Assembly (NCBI GenBank): GCA_050273025.1
Contig: CP158635.1
Coordinates: forward strand, 8,060,001-8,124,000
Length of the DNA stretch: 64,000 bases
Source: Cenococcum geophilum
Lineage: Eukaryota
Direction: 5' to 3'
Position 1 is the stretch's first letter. Each line of letters starts with the position of its first letter. Below are positions 1-13,733 of this stretch, one piece after another. A program made the translations under genes and the position numbers. Below the pieces are notes generated by a model. It was given only the letters and a program-made list of their open reading frames with translations, was not told where the DNA came from and searched no databases.

Positions 1-1155
1 AATGGTGTTCTAGACGGCTATTCTGGTATTAGTTTATACTTAGCAAAAGAGGTATAGGCTTTAATTCCTTCTAGCTGCTTCTTAACGCCTAGAGGTCGGT
101 CTTCCTGGGAGAGTATAGAATTGCCATCTTCTACTACTACCGGGTCTTAATACGTCCGTCTGTTTTAGCCTGCCGTTACTTTACGCGGTAGGGTACTGCT
201 AAGCCTTACACTTCTGCCTATATCTACTTCTTTATGGAACGCCTCTGCAGCCGCCACTAACACGATCCGGATAACTTAAAAAAAGATAAAGCTAAACTAG
301 AATAGGAAGCTTTCGAGGGCAGATCTGATCTTATATACTTACGACCTTGCTTAGTATTCTCTTTTCTGTTCCTAAAGGGCAGCGCTAATTTCCTCTACCG
401 CTAGATGCCTTAAATCTCGTTTCCATCTAATTAATTAGCCCTTGGCTGCCTATTATCTCTACATCTTTAATAAAGCTCTAGCCATGTCCGTGCGCAGGTA
501 GAAGAAATTGGGTATCTCTAACTGCCGGTTAAAGCTATCTAATTGGCTCGCTGGTTCACTTGACGTCCTTACACATAACTTTCCGAGACCTTTGCCACTC
601 CTTTTTACCACTCTTTGGCCTATGCGTTAAGTTTAATGTCTGTCTTTTCTGCTGTCTTTCTGTTTAGGGACTACCTGGTTCCCCTTACTGTCCGATACTG
701 CCTGGTTCTCTACTTTCGTCTCGTCTATCTGGCTGGCGGTTCTTCTATAGCTGGTTATTCTTCTATAGCTGGCGGTTCTTCTATAGTCGTGGTATGTTCC
801 TACGCGTATATAGTTATATGTAGAATGCCAGACTTCTAATCCAAAGAGCTTGCCGTTGTCCCTACGTGGAATGCCATAAAATATATAGGAGGGTACGACC
901 ACTCTTAGATAGGAAAGTTACAGTGCTGTCTATCTGTCGGTCGGTCGGTCGGTCGGTTAGTCAGTCGTAATCAATTAGTAGGAAAGCAGTTAGTAAGAAG
1001 AAAGGAAAGAATGTATTCCCTAGTAGGTCATAATAGGAAGAAGGAGAGAAGCCGAAGGCTCAATATATACAGGAAAATGCCAAGGCACTAAGTAGTGGCC
1101 CATTTTACCCCACCACACTAGTAGTTATAACATCGTACTTAAAGCGTCCGTAATA
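1..1155 (-). mobile_element. Part of an LTR-type element (RIP-damaged, runs off the window) inserted into the outer copia copy
   Basis: Ends at 1155 in AGTAGTTATAACATCGTACTTAAAGCGTCCGTAATA, nearly identical to the gypsy LTR end at 38694-38729. Copia internal sequence (matching 4942 onward) starts directly at 1156. No protein motif recognised. Confidence 0.6.
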
Positions 1156-1498
1156 TCTAATATAAAATAGAAATAGGGTATTTATGGGAATAATATAGAA
1201 AGTAATACACCCTAAGGGGGTTTAGACCCTAATTATACTAAAAGAGATTATAGTACCCTTGCTAAAATAAATTGTATATTAGCCTACCGTTAAATAGTTA
1301 ATCTAAATAGAGTTATTAAGCTACTAAAGGGCTTAAACTTAAGGTTCTTCTATTATAGATACTCCTGCGGCTCTAATATCTAGTATAATACCATAGAAGA
1401 CGTTTACTAAGTATCTATTATTAAAGGAGAACGCGGAACTCTCTTTAGCTTATTAAAGATATCTAACTTTATAATAAAATAGAGTGTAGATTAGTTAT

Positions 1499-1706
1499 TG
1501 TTGGTCACATAGGGTGACTCATCAATAACGACTACTCGAGTAGGGTTACAGTGATGTTGGTTGATAAAGCTTTTTGATTGGAATGAGGAAGGGCGAGGAG
1601 CTTAAGGCTCCTCGCCACGCTAGTGCCGCGGCGACACGTGATGGCAACTTGCCATCACGTGACGGCAGTTTGCCGTACGTGACGGCAAATTGCCTCATTC
1701 CCGACA
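1499..1706 (-). repeat. 3' LTR of inner copia
   Basis: Direct repeat of 7353-7560 with TG...CA termini; purine-rich tract adjacent on the minus strand. Confidence 0.95.
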
Positions 1707-4700
1707 CTGGCAACTCTTCTTTTGTAGTTGCCCTCTATATACAAATACTGCTTAACTATTGTAACAAATATAGATCCTTCTTATTTACTATTGCCATTAT
1801 AATATAAGTCTCGCTGTCCTAAAACTTACCTCTTAGCACGTAGTGCTTTCTTGCTAAGGAGTCGTGGGTAGATATTATGTTAGGGCCGTTAGGGCCGCTA
1901 AGGCGCTAGCTATAAGCGAGCTAATAGCGATTTTCTATGCCGGGTATGGAAAATCCTGATTGGCTGGTTGAAATTAGGGTCTGTAGAGCGTTATGCTCTT
2001 ACTCCCTTTTAACCTAACCTTTAACTTATATGCGTAAAGTATTTATATTAACAAACGTTTCTAGAGCCTTATTTGGGTTTGCCTTCGTTATTACATCTAC
2101 TAGGTTATCTTAACCGTTAATCTATTAAATTTTAAAGAGTTCTTGCCGTTTGTAGGATTAATAAAGTGCCATAATATTGATTATAAGGCGCTTCTTCTTT
2201 ATAGTACTAAGCTTAACTAAGCACTTATAGAGGGAGTATAAGTTGGTATACACGATTATAGGGATAATAGGAAGTTTGAGTTAATCTGTAATTATCTTTA
2301 GGGTAGTTCCAATTGCAATTGCCATATTAACTCCGCTAACTATTCTATATATCTCTAACGCTAGAACGCTTTAAGTAACATACTTACTCTTAGTTAAGCT
2401 CTAATAGATAAGATTACTGTGGATTATAAAGTTATTCTCTCTGGTAGATTTATTTGTAATAATAATCTTATATCCTAGCTAGGAGCTAAAATCTTTATTA
2501 TTTATAAACGATCTATTAACAAATACAAAGAGTTTGGTGGTAGGAAGATTAATAAGTACGTAGAGTAGTCCCCGGTCAAGATAGTTTATTTACTAAAAGA
2601 GACACTTATTTAGGGCAAGGATGTTATCCTTAGTTAGTTCTTAGTATTAAGTAGTAATAAAGAGATTAAATAAAGCCTTAGGTTAATAGATAGAAGCGAT
2701 ATAAGCTTTATAAGCGCGTTGCTCTACGTATCCTTATTTTAGAGAATTAACGTTAATAACGTTAATCTTCTTGCCTTAACCCTTCCGGCATAAAGCAATA
2801 GAATCCTTGTTTAGGGAGAGGATATATCTATTAAAGAGTAATAGTGTTATTAAATTAAGCTTTTCCTTTAGCTTTACTATAAGATTTGCCTTTACTAGCT
2901 CGTCTTCTTTAAGAGCTAAGAATCGGTTATCTCCTAAGATAATTATATTGTTAGTTTATATGCCAATAATTCTAAATAGAGTTCCCGTAGTTATAATAAG
3001 GAAGCATGGATTAAATATAGAAGTAGTTATTAAAAGCTTCTCTTTATAGTGCTTGCTATAGGTAGCCCACTAGTAAGTTCCTACCTCTGTGATTCTATAT
3101 AATGGCTTAAGCATAACCATAATTATATCTTCGGAGTATTAGTGGCGAATTTGCTCTGGAAGGTATGCTAATATTAAGCGCTAAAGGTGCGTCTCTAATT
3201 GGGTATAGGCCTAAGTAATATCTCGCAGATAGACTGCTATTCTATTCTTTATTAGGGAGAGAGCTAGTGCAATAATAACTCGCTAACTGGCTCGTTGAAT
3301 TGTGGGAGATTATATAAGAATTACCTCCTTACTATTGTTGTTGTAGCCTTAGATAATAAGCCTTAATTTCTTAAATAGGGCGTTAGTAGCTTTACCTTTA
3401 ATCTTATTAACTATTCTTAACTTAAAGATATAAACTTCATCGAACTTAGTAGGGTTATACTTCTTAAATTTAAAGACCCCTCTTATAATAAGACTATCGA
3501 TCTCCTGCTTATTAGATGCTTAAAAAGGAGCTCCTGGAGTTATAATATAACCTTTCTTTTAGAGCTATTTTACAAGTTTAAAGTTAGCCTTCTCCTTGGC
3601 TGTTATAAAGGCCATTAATAGCTTAACTCTATTCTCGATAGCGGCAATAAATTGCTCTTTAAAATTAATAAGATATTGGCAATTTTGTAATCCCTTTGGG
3701 CGACCTTTACCGCGTTATGGTTACGGCGTATCTACTATAATTATATTAGGATCGTGGTCGCCTTTTAGAGCACGTTAATTGTAGCTCTCCTCTAGGGTAT
3801 CTTCTATAGTATCCTGTAAAGGCTCGGAACTGTTATTTTTATAGTAAGGCTTAATAACAGTTAAACGGAATTAAGTGGGTCCGTAAGGCATCTAAATAGT
3901 ATAAGTTTAACTATTAATTATAATAAGTTAATGTGGGCCTAACCATCCTCCCTTTTTACGCTATACGCGTACCTTAAACTAAAGTGGCAGATTAAGCGTA
4001 GTTAAGGTATTTAGGCCATTTCTTATTCCTAGTGCGTTATTAACCTGGCGTATGGCGTAGAGACGTTATACCTCCTTTATTGCCTTGCGAATAGCCTTAG
4101 CTTGTTGCACGATAGAGGGAGATAGTGGAGAATCGTTAGTTATTTAAGGGTAGGCGCTAAAGACTAGTAATATAGGTACGAGTCCATTTGGGCCAGCGGA
4201 ATTATTAATAGCTTTAATAGCTATTTGTAAGGTAAGTTCTTTGCTAGCGTCCTCTAGTTTTAAAGAGATAATCTTATATACGCGGCGTAATAGCGTGTAA
4301 TATTGCTCTACTTTTCCGATGCTATTATATGCCTTAATAGGGACTTCCTTAACCTTGATTGCTATTGCCTTTATTTATTATTAAAACTCTATAGATAAGA
4401 AGTTCTTTCCTATATTATGGACGATTTAATTAGGGGGTTTTAGGTAGACATCAATCTAGTATAATTAAAGGGTATCCTATGTGTTCTTAGCTAACATATC
4501 CTTTAAGAATTGTGCGGCTTAGAAGAAGGTTAAGAAGTTAACGACTTAGAGTACTGGCTTGCCGCTAAGATATATAACGTTAACAATAATATAGAAGTTA
4601 AAGTCGTAGTTATCTTTAAGGGTGAACTTAAATCGGCTAGGGGACTTCTAGTTTATTTGGTAGTAATAGTAGTACTTTATAAGATGCTTAATTGCCTTAA

Positions 4701-7352
4701 CCTTAACTTTATAGCCTACTTACTAAAGAACCCTAAGCAATTAATAAACAAATAGGTGGCTAAAACAATGGTATAGTTAACGTAACTCTAACTTAGTTAG
4801 GTGGCTCTAAGCAACACTCTTTTCTAGTTAATAAAGGAGCAACTAAGGGTAACCCTACTTGCGCACGATAGGCACCCAATTATCTCCCTAAATAAGTATA
4901 TCCTTAAGGTTATTAAGCTTAACGCCTAATTTATCTATATCTCTAATGCAAAATAAAAATAGGGTGTTTATAGGAACGACGTGAAAGGTAATGTACCCTA
5001 AGGGGGTTTAGACCCTAATTATGCTAAAAGAGATTATAGTACCCTTACTAAAACAAATCGTGTATTGGCCTGCCGTTAAATAGTTAATCTAAACAGAGCT
5101 ATTAAGCTACTAAAGGGCTCGAACTTAAGGTTCTCCTACTATAGATACTCCTGCGGCTCTAGTATCTAGCATAATACCATAAAAGACGTTTACTAAGTAT
5201 CTATTATTAAAGGAGAACGCGGAACTCTCCCTTAGCTTATTAAAGATATCTAACTTTATAGTAAAATAGAGCGTAGATTAGTTATTAAGAATAGTAACGG
5301 TTTATATGCCATCTACCTTACCATACTTAGTAAAGTATTGGTTGGGTAAGTACTCCTTAATTTTTATATTTATAAGGAGCTATTTGGCCTTATTAACCTT
5401 ACCCTTAAGATCTTTTACGCCTTTATATTAAACCAAAAAGCTTTAAAAGTAGGCCGTAGTAATTTTATAATTTTTAACATTTCTTACACTCTGGCGAAAC
5501 TTATTATATGCCTCCTTTCGCTTATTAAGAGAATGCCTAGTTAACTAGCAATTTGGTTTCTTACAAACGTAGCACTTCTTCTAGTAATTACTTTAAAATA
5601 AACCTCCACAAGGACCTCCACCTTTACCTTATAGTCGTTAATTGTACCCTCTACCGTATTGCCTACCCCGGCCACTATATGTTTAATTAGTCTAGTTATA
5701 ATTATATTAGTTAGGTGAGTTAATTAAAGTAGGTTAAAGTTGGGCGTTAAATTGCTGTACTTCTTAAGAGCGTAGAGCGGTGCTAATAGAAGATCTTAAT
5801 TAAGCATATACTCCTTTATAAGTATTTACAGGATTAAAGAAAGTAAGGTTATATTCTTTAACACCTTAGTATGCGCTAATAACTTAATTATATAGGCTAA
5901 AGTCCTCTTAATATAATTCGGATAATCTACGCTAAATCGTCTAAAGTTAATTAAAGAGCTTTTAAAGACAATTAAGCCGAGGGACACCTAGGTTTGTAGC
6001 AATAATCCTTAGGAAGGTAGTCTCTCTCTATTCTAATATATACTGCTGCTTGTTCTCTTCTGTTTCAAAGTAACATCTTAACTTATATATTATACGGTTA
6101 AAATCATATCCTTTTCCTACTAAATAATTATAATAGAAGGTACTAGCTTGGCCCTTAAGCATAATGGAATAGGCGTTGTGGTATTAATCAAACTCTATTC
6201 CTACCTTCTAGCAATAATTATAGAAGATACGTAGTTTCAAATTAAGAACATTATATAATTTTCTACTAAATTTCTTCTCCTAATCCGAATAGAGCTTCAT
6301 AAGCTCTATAAGCAATTTTAAACTACCTCCGATTTAAGATTAAGATAGAGGAGGTGGGGGTTATATTATAGGCTGTAGTGGGGACGTAGGTTTAGTCGGT
6401 GGAGTCTAAAGGTCGTTAAATCGCGAAGCAATGGGATCCTATACCTACTCTCGTTGGGGTATAGTATCTGACGTTAAGGTTATAGGTTAAATTGGATACA
6501 GAGGAGTTAAAGGCGGAGGTAGGTTCGTCTCTAGAGGTATATTGCTTAGGTTCCATCGTGAGTTAAGCTTCCTTATAGTGCGTAGTTGGTGCTTAATCTC
6601 TTATGGAGTCCATTCGTGCTCTTCTTTTGCGTTAATAACCTGCTCCTAAATATTGTCTCTAATAGTACCCCCGTCCTTAGGGACAAATACTCCATTCTTC
6701 TAAAGGAAGTTATGGAAGTTCTGTATAATATCCTTATTTATAGGGGCCTATATTTCCTTTATTTATCTAATAAAGTCCTCCTTTATACATTCCTATAGCG
6801 CGGTATCGTTATATTTACTATCCTTATAATGTGCTATACGGTATAATAAAAATCCATTTAAGTCTTGTTCATTAGCGTTTATAAGGTTAATTATGGCTTT
6901 ATTCCATGTCTTTAGGTTAATATCTTCCTTATACTTCTTCGGGTAGGTTAACGCTATAGTAGGTATAAAATCGATAGGGTGTCGTACGTCGAAGGTAGGT
7001 AGGATTTTCGGTTTTATAGGATCTTGTAGGTTTGCTGTCAAGAGGTAGGCAATTTAAGATGTTGTTTAACGCGTTTTGGACGTTAACTTAGGACCCTAGG
7101 TTTAGTAACACTTCTGACCTAAAGTACTCGACCAAATCTTCGTAAACGCGGTTGTTCTGCGTAATAGACGCAACTTAGTATCTCCTAGTATTTAGTGATA
7201 CTTCTATTACTAGTTTTCCGCAAGTCTAAGGTAGCATAGTATCGCTAGGATCTATTCCATATAAGCGTATATAGCACCCCTACACGAGACTGTCTCTTCT
7301 ATTTAAAAACCTAGCTGCTTTATAGTTAACTGTGTATTTAACCACTAATCAG

Positions 7353-7560
7353 TGTTGGTTACACAGGGTGACTCACTAATAACGACTACTTGAGTAGGGT
7401 TATAGTGATGTTGGTTGATAAAGCTTTTTAATTGGAATGAGGAAGGGCGAGGAGCTTAAGGCTCCTCGCCACGCTAGTGCCGCGGCGACACGTGATGGCA
7501 ACTTGCCATCACGTGACGGCAGTTTGCCGTACGTGACGGCAAATTGCCTCATTCCCGACA
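7353..7560 (-). repeat. 5' LTR of inner copia
   Basis: Direct repeat of 1499-1706; the differences seen are transitions. Confidence 0.95.
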
Positions 7561-7942
7561 GTTATTAAGAACAGCAACGGTTTATATACTATTTACCTTA
7601 CTATACTTAGTAAAGTATTAGTTAAGGGAGTAGTCCTTAATTTCTATATCTATAAGGAGCTATTTAGCTTTATTAACCTTATCCTTAAGATCTTCTATAC
7701 CTTTATATTAAACTAGGAAACTTTAAAAGTAGGCTATAATAACTTTATAATATCTAATATTTCTTATACTTTAGCGAAACTTATTATATACCCCCTTTTG
7801 CTTATTAAGAGAGTGCCTAGTTAACTAGCAATTTGGCTTTTTATAAATATAGCACTTCTTTTAGTAATTACTTTAGAATAAGCCTCTATAAGGACCTCCA
7901 CCTTTACCTTATAGTTATTAATTATACCCTCTACTATATTAC

Positions 7943-8199
7943 TGTAAGGCATATTACTAGGGTATACAGTAAGGAGTAGGTAAGCCGAGCATGAGTTATA
8001 AAGAGAGTCGATAGAAGAGGACGATATGGTAATGAGGGTAGGCAATAGCCTTATACTAAGACGAACTAATAGGGGAGGAAGGAGGCTATAAGCCTGAGGA
8101 GCTTATAAGGGGTGGCCAAGGCCTAGCCAAAGGCTAGCCTTAGCAGCCCCTAAGAGCTTCCAGGATATAGCCGAGTAAGGGACTAAAAGTACCCTTACA
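7943..8199. mobile_element. Solo LTR (257 bp) of an unrelated family, inside the outer copia gag
   Basis: TGTAAGG...CCTTACA inverted termini; 5-bp TSD ATTAC (7938-7942, 8200-8204); absent at the matching position (~5660) of the inner copia. Confidence 0.88.
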
Positions 8200-9956
8200 A
8201 TTACCTACTACGGCCACTATATATTTAATTAGTCTAGTTATAATCGTATTAGTTAGCTAGGTCGGCTAGGTTAATTAAAGTAGATTAGAGTTAGGCATTA
8301 AATTACTATACTTTTTAAGAGCGTAAAGCGGTGCTAATAGAAGATCTTAATTAAGTATATACTCCTTTGTAAGTATTTACAGGATTAAAAAAAGTAAGGT
8401 TATATTCTTTAACGCCTTGGCATACGCTAATAACTTAATTATATAGGCTAAAATCCTCTTAACATAATTTGGATAAACTACGCTAAATTATCTAAAGTTA
8501 ATTAAAGAGCTTTTAAAGATAATTAAGCTAAAAAACACCTAGGTTTATAGCAATAATTCTTAAAAGGGTAGTCTTTCTCTATTCTAATATATACTACTAC
8601 TTATTCTCTTCTATTTTAAAGTGGTATCTTAACTTATATATTATACGGTTAAAATTATATCCTTTTCCTGCTAAATAATTATAATAAAAGGTACTAGCTT
8701 AGCCCTTAAGTATAACGGAATAGGCGTTATAGTATTAATTAGACTCTATTCCTACCTTCTAGTAATAGTTATAAAAGATATATAGTTTCGAATTAAGAAC
8801 ATTATATAATTCCCTATTAAACTTCTTCTCCTAATTTAAATAGAGCTTTATAAGCTCTATAAGCAATTTTAAACTACCTCCAATTTAAGATTAAGATAAA
8901 GGAGGTAGGAGTTATATTATAGGCTGCAGTAGGGATGTAGGTCTAGTTAGTAGAGTCTAAAGGTTATTAAATTATAAAGTAATAGGATCCTATACCTGCT
9001 CTTATTAGGGTATAGTATCTAAAGTTAAAGTTACGGGTTAGATTAGATATAGAGGAATTAAAGGTAGAAATAGATTTATCTTTAGAGGTATATTACTTAA
9101 ATTCCATTATAAGTTAAGCTTCTTTATAGTGCGTAGTTAGTGCTTAATCTCTTATAGAGTCTATTTATGCTCTTCTTCTACGTTAATAACCTACTCCTAG
9201 ATATTATCTCTAATAGTACCCCCATCTATAGGTATAAATACTTTATACTCCTGTAAAAAGTTACGGAAGTTTTATATAATGTCCTTCTTTATAGGAGCCT
9301 ATATTTTCTTTATCTATCTAATAAAGTCCTTCTTTATATAGTACTATAGCATATTATTATTATATTCGCTATCTTTATAGTATACTATATGGTATAATAA
9401 GAATCCGTTTAAGTCTTATTAATTAATATCTTTAAGGTTAATTATATCTATATTCTATATCTCTAGGTTAATATTGTTCTTATACTTCTTTAGGTAGGTT
9501 AACGCTATAATGGCTGTTATTCCGTTAATTGAAAAATAGGGGAAGTAAAGGTTATTTAACGCGTAGTTAAGTAGTAATCGTAATTTTACGGTCTGTAAAG
9601 GTACACTAAAGGTATTAAGATGGTTGTTTAATATATTTTAATAAGAAAATTAAGGAAAATAAAGGTTGTTTGGCGCGTTTTAGACGTTAACTTAGGACCT
9701 TAGGTTTAGTGACACTTCTAACCTAAAGTACTTAACCAAATCTTTGTAAACGCGGTTATTCTATATAATAGACGTAATTTGGTATCTTCTAGTACTTAGT
9801 AACACTTCTGTTACTAGTTTTCTATAAGTTTAAGGTAGTATAGTATCGCCGGGATCCATTCTATATAAGTGTATATAGCACCCCTATATAAGACTGTCTC
9901 TTCTATTTAAAAACCTAGCTGCTCTATAGTTAACTGTGTATTTAACTACTAATTAG

Positions 9957-10117
9957 TGTTAGTTACATAGGGTGACTTACTAATAACGACTACTTAAGTA
10001 GGTTATAGTGATATTGGTTAATTTTTTTAATAGAATAAGGAAGGGTGAGGAGCTTAAGACTCCTCGCTATGCTAGTACTGCGGCGATATATAACTACCGC
10101 TTGCCTTATTCCCGACA
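9957..10117 (-). repeat. 5' LTR of outer copia (shorter variant, 161 bp)
   Basis: Aligns to 7353-7560 but lacks most of the internal 21-bp palindromic repeat array. Confidence 0.85.
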
Positions 10118-10428
10118 GGTAATATAAAAGTAGTATTTAGAGATTTTAGATATAAATATTTAATATAAATACAGTTAATGTAGTAATTTTATAGTAAAAA
10201 GGTTATATAAAGTTATAAAAGTTAGGTATTTTATACTCCTAGCTACAGCCTATAGGTAATTAGAAACTTATTTATAAGACTATAGTTAATATATAAATAA
10301 GGCTCTAACTAATCATTCTGTATAGGGCCTTTTAAGGTCGTAGGCGGATTATATAACTATTAGCTTCCTTACCGCCATTTCTATTTAGCGACGCTCCTTT
10401 CTGGTAAATTACTTACTAAATAAACGCC

Positions 10429-13400
10429 TAGGTATGTTAATAAACCTTTTAAGCCTTTTAAAGGGGTTGTTTTAGAATTAATTTACTTAGCACCTAGTTT
10501 ACCTAATTTAATTTAACTCTGATCTAGTTTAAGGGGCCCTGCTGGGATTTGAATTGCAATATTAATTAGTAAGGGTATATACAAAGTCTTAGCATAGTAT
10601 TGCAGCCTAGATTTGGCCGAGCCGCCTAATCTTGCCTAGAGGCCCCAAAATAAGGTCCTTTTATATAGCCCTACCGCCTATAGATAAATCTTATAATATA
10701 TAACATTACTAATATAGTAGAGGTAGTGGCTAAGGCTTTAGTAGAGGGTTCGGCGCAGGCTTTAAAGGTAGTAAGAGAGGATTAAGCCGTCGCCTAGATG
10801 TATATTAGTATGTTATATATTACCCAAATGTCTTTATATCTATATACCTGCTTTAGCAACCGAAATCTATAGCTTTATTTATGTCCTATTACTTTAAGCA
10901 CATTATAGCGCCAATTACGTCGGCTTTAAGTCGTGCTCTATTTAGGCGCACTATATTGCTAGTAGTACTAAAGACTCGTTCTAGTTTGTTGCTTATTACT
11001 AGTATACTAAATAGATTAATCGCGAAGTGTGAAAGGCGTGGATAGTCTAATTGGAGGCTCCACTAATACTAAATTGGGTTACTGGCTTTCTTCTTATAAT
11101 TTAGAAACTTCTTTATCTAAGCTTTATACTTATCTTCTAACTCGTTGTCTTCTAATTCGTTGCTAAGGTCTTCATTAAGAAAGGCCTTTAAGCCCTGCCA
11201 CTTACGTCGCTGCCGCTTAGCTAGTGGTTTATCGACTTAATATATCGTGAGGTCTTTATAGGGAGCCTATGCCTTCTTAACCTGCTCTTTGGCGGTACTA
11301 ATCCACGCGATCTTAGTAGCCCACCTCTGTTTAATATACTTCCATTTATATCGCGGGTGTAGAGTAATTGAGGTAACATATGCGGCAGATTTATTAATAA
11401 GCTTATAGTAATTATTAAGCTTCTACTAGCTAAGCTGAATATTGATATAGAAATGAGGCTCGCTGTTGTGCTTATATTGCTTAGTAAGGCAAGCAAGTTC
11501 GTCGATTAAATACTCTATAGAAGGTAGGACCTCCTATAGAGAGCAGTTCCTTCCTAAAGTCTCGTTAGTAAGAAATAAGTAAATCTACTAAATTAGCTTA
11601 TTATACTGTGCTTTGCCTTCTAGTATTATTATAACCTTCTTTAGCGGTTCTAATATACGTATATATTCTTTTAGAATCTTCTAATTATTATTACTTAAAG
11701 CGTCGGTAACGATTAAAGGCTTCTTCTTGCTGTTTTGAGGGTAAGGCTTAACACCGTCCTTGGTGGCTCGATTATAGTAGGTCTTTTAATCTCGCACTTC
11801 CTTATTGATATAAGCGTTGATTACATTATAAAGGCAGAGAGCGCGCTTAATCATGTTGAAAGTAGAGTTCTACCTTATATTGACGTTAAGTATAAGCTTC
11901 TAGCTAGTTTGCGTAGTCGTAGCATTTAATATAGACGGCATAGTAGTTCTAATAAGACTTTAAAAGCCCTTAAATTGCTATTGGCGCTGCGCGGACTCTA
12001 TAATATATATTATTATATTATAAAGCCTTCTAATAGGACCTTACGTCCTCTAAAGCTTTAGCTGATTAATCTTATCCTTCGCATCTTTAAGCTCTACCTC
12101 TAGAGCGTTTAAGTCCTTCCTATAGAGTATAGATCTGGCCACTAGGTTAAGGATATGGCCGGCGCACCGAAGGCGACGCTGCTTCCAATTAAAGCCAAAT
12201 TCTTCGCCCAAAGCCTGTATGTAGGTGTCGTTGTTTAATACATTGTCTAGTATAAAATATCCAAGTTTATCGCTGATATTAAACTCTGTAATAATTGCAG
12301 CTACGCCGTTAGCAATATTGTCGCCGGTATATCAGCCAGTAAGCTCTGGTATACTAAGGAGGAAGCTTTTATACCTCCCCTTGTTGTTAATAAAATAAGC
12401 AACAATACCGTAGAGACTTAGAAGACTGCAAGACGTCTATATATCTAATAAGATGTATATTTTACTAAACGCGCTGCTAAGAAGCTCCGTCACTATACCC
12501 TTATAGCGCTTAAAGTCCTTAATAATCCAGCCGCGTAGTGTATTTCGTGTTGGAAGGATATCTTTGGTATCGCTGTTAAGGTATAGGATAAGGTCTTAGA
12601 AGTATTTGCTATTAATTTAATCGAATACAATACTGTCTTAAATAATCCACCGTATAAGAAGCTTCCTAAATCGCGTCTTATTAAAGCCTCGCCGCCGCTA
12701 ATTAATTACAGCCTGTTCTTCTGGAGTTCGATTCAGCATAGCGATAACTGAATTAGCTAGATGCGAACGCTTAATTGGCCCATCTTTACTAATATAATGC
12801 TTCTTTTTAAGGTGTTCGGCAGCTCTACCAGTTAATATATTAACCTAGCGGTAATTAATTCTATATTTAGTCTGGAACTTTAGGTGGCAAAGCTTATATA
12901 CTGTATAGGTCTTTTCTGTTCCTATTTAATAGATTGCATAGCAATGCTTCCAAATATATAACCGTCGGTCTCTTTTTAATAGAGGAGGTATTTAAAAGCC
13001 AGGAAAGTGGGCCTAATTAAGGCCTTCATATCCATCGTCGCAAGGCGACGCGTCTCTCGCAGTACCAGGTTCTAAAGCGCGGCTATTAAAGTCGGCGGTG
13101 TTCTGGAGCTTAGTAGGTACCTCTAATTAACTAGGAGGAGCAGAAGGTTCAGTAGAAACGGAATCAGGTTCCATTTAATAAGATTGGGTAGTAGTGGTAG
13201 GATATTAAAGGCCTGCGCGGATGTGTACTTCTTAAATTTTACCGGGCTTGGCAGGTAAATATAACTGCATAATGCCTAAATACGGTTTAGTAGATGGGCG
13301 GAAAATGCCGATTTTATAGGGTTCCTTACTAAAAAGGTTATAACTAAAGCATTTGGCGAGCATACCCTAAAGCATCCTACAAGCATATCTACGAAATATT

Positions 13401-13553
13401 TATACTAGAATTAATCAATTCAAATCAATCCGCCGAAACACTAGACTTAATTGATTTGATATCTACGGAGGGTTGATTTAGTGTAGAATTGAATTGCTTT
13501 GTAATCAATTCAATTCAAATCGGATTTGATGGGTTGATTTACTGACATGCCTG
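10429..13553 (-). mobile_element. hAT-superfamily DNA transposon, RIP-inactivated
   Basis: TIR CAGGCATGTCAGTAAA at the right end, with RIP-altered TAGGTATGTTAATAAA at the left end. 8-bp TSD TAAACGCC/CGAACGCC. Confidence 0.9.
10850..13174 (-). pseudogene. hAT transposase (BED-finger-like region, DDE core, hAT dimerisation domain)
   Basis: ATG at 13174 (MEPDSVSTEP). Motifs GYFILDN(AS)NND, RRLRCAGHILNL and WRLQ(S)DYPRLS..A.(D)LFSI. Many RIP stops; 3' end approximate. Confidence 0.85.
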
Positions 13554-13733
13554 CGAACGCCTTCTACCAGGTGGAAAACGCCCCTGCTTTGGTGTCTACT
13601 ACCGTTTTCGAAGGTATTGCGAAAATTGAATTAAGCGAGCCCCGCCCGCACAGCATCGAATTTAGGTGATCTCACCATACAAATCGTATGACTACCACGC
13701 ATACTACGCTTGCAACGCTTATATCTGCCTCCT

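Larger units (their letters stand above)
1499..7560 (-). mobile_element. Full-length GalEa-like Ty1/copia LTR retrotransposon, RIP-inactivated
   Basis: 208-bp LTRs at 1499-1706 and 7353-7560; 5-bp TSD GTTAT (1494-1498, 7561-7565). Minus-strand motifs in copia order: KKCYVCKKPNC(W)(S)TRH (C-x2-C-x4-C-x4-H knuckle, ~5540-5580), integrase VPI(E)A(H)NSIGKVE (~4310-4345), RT LRDIT(Q)AYTQ (~3200-3230), then RNase H region. CTGATTAGTG follows the 5' LTR. Confidence 0.93.
1156..10117 (-). mobile_element. Outer GalEa-like Ty1/copia retrotransposon (5' LTR, gag, protease region), interrupted by three insertions; RIP-inactivated
   Basis: 1156-1498 aligns with 4942-5285, and most of 7561-9956 aligns with 5281-7352 of the inner copy. 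LTR at 9957-10117 (TGTT...CCCGACA). Confidence 0.85.
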
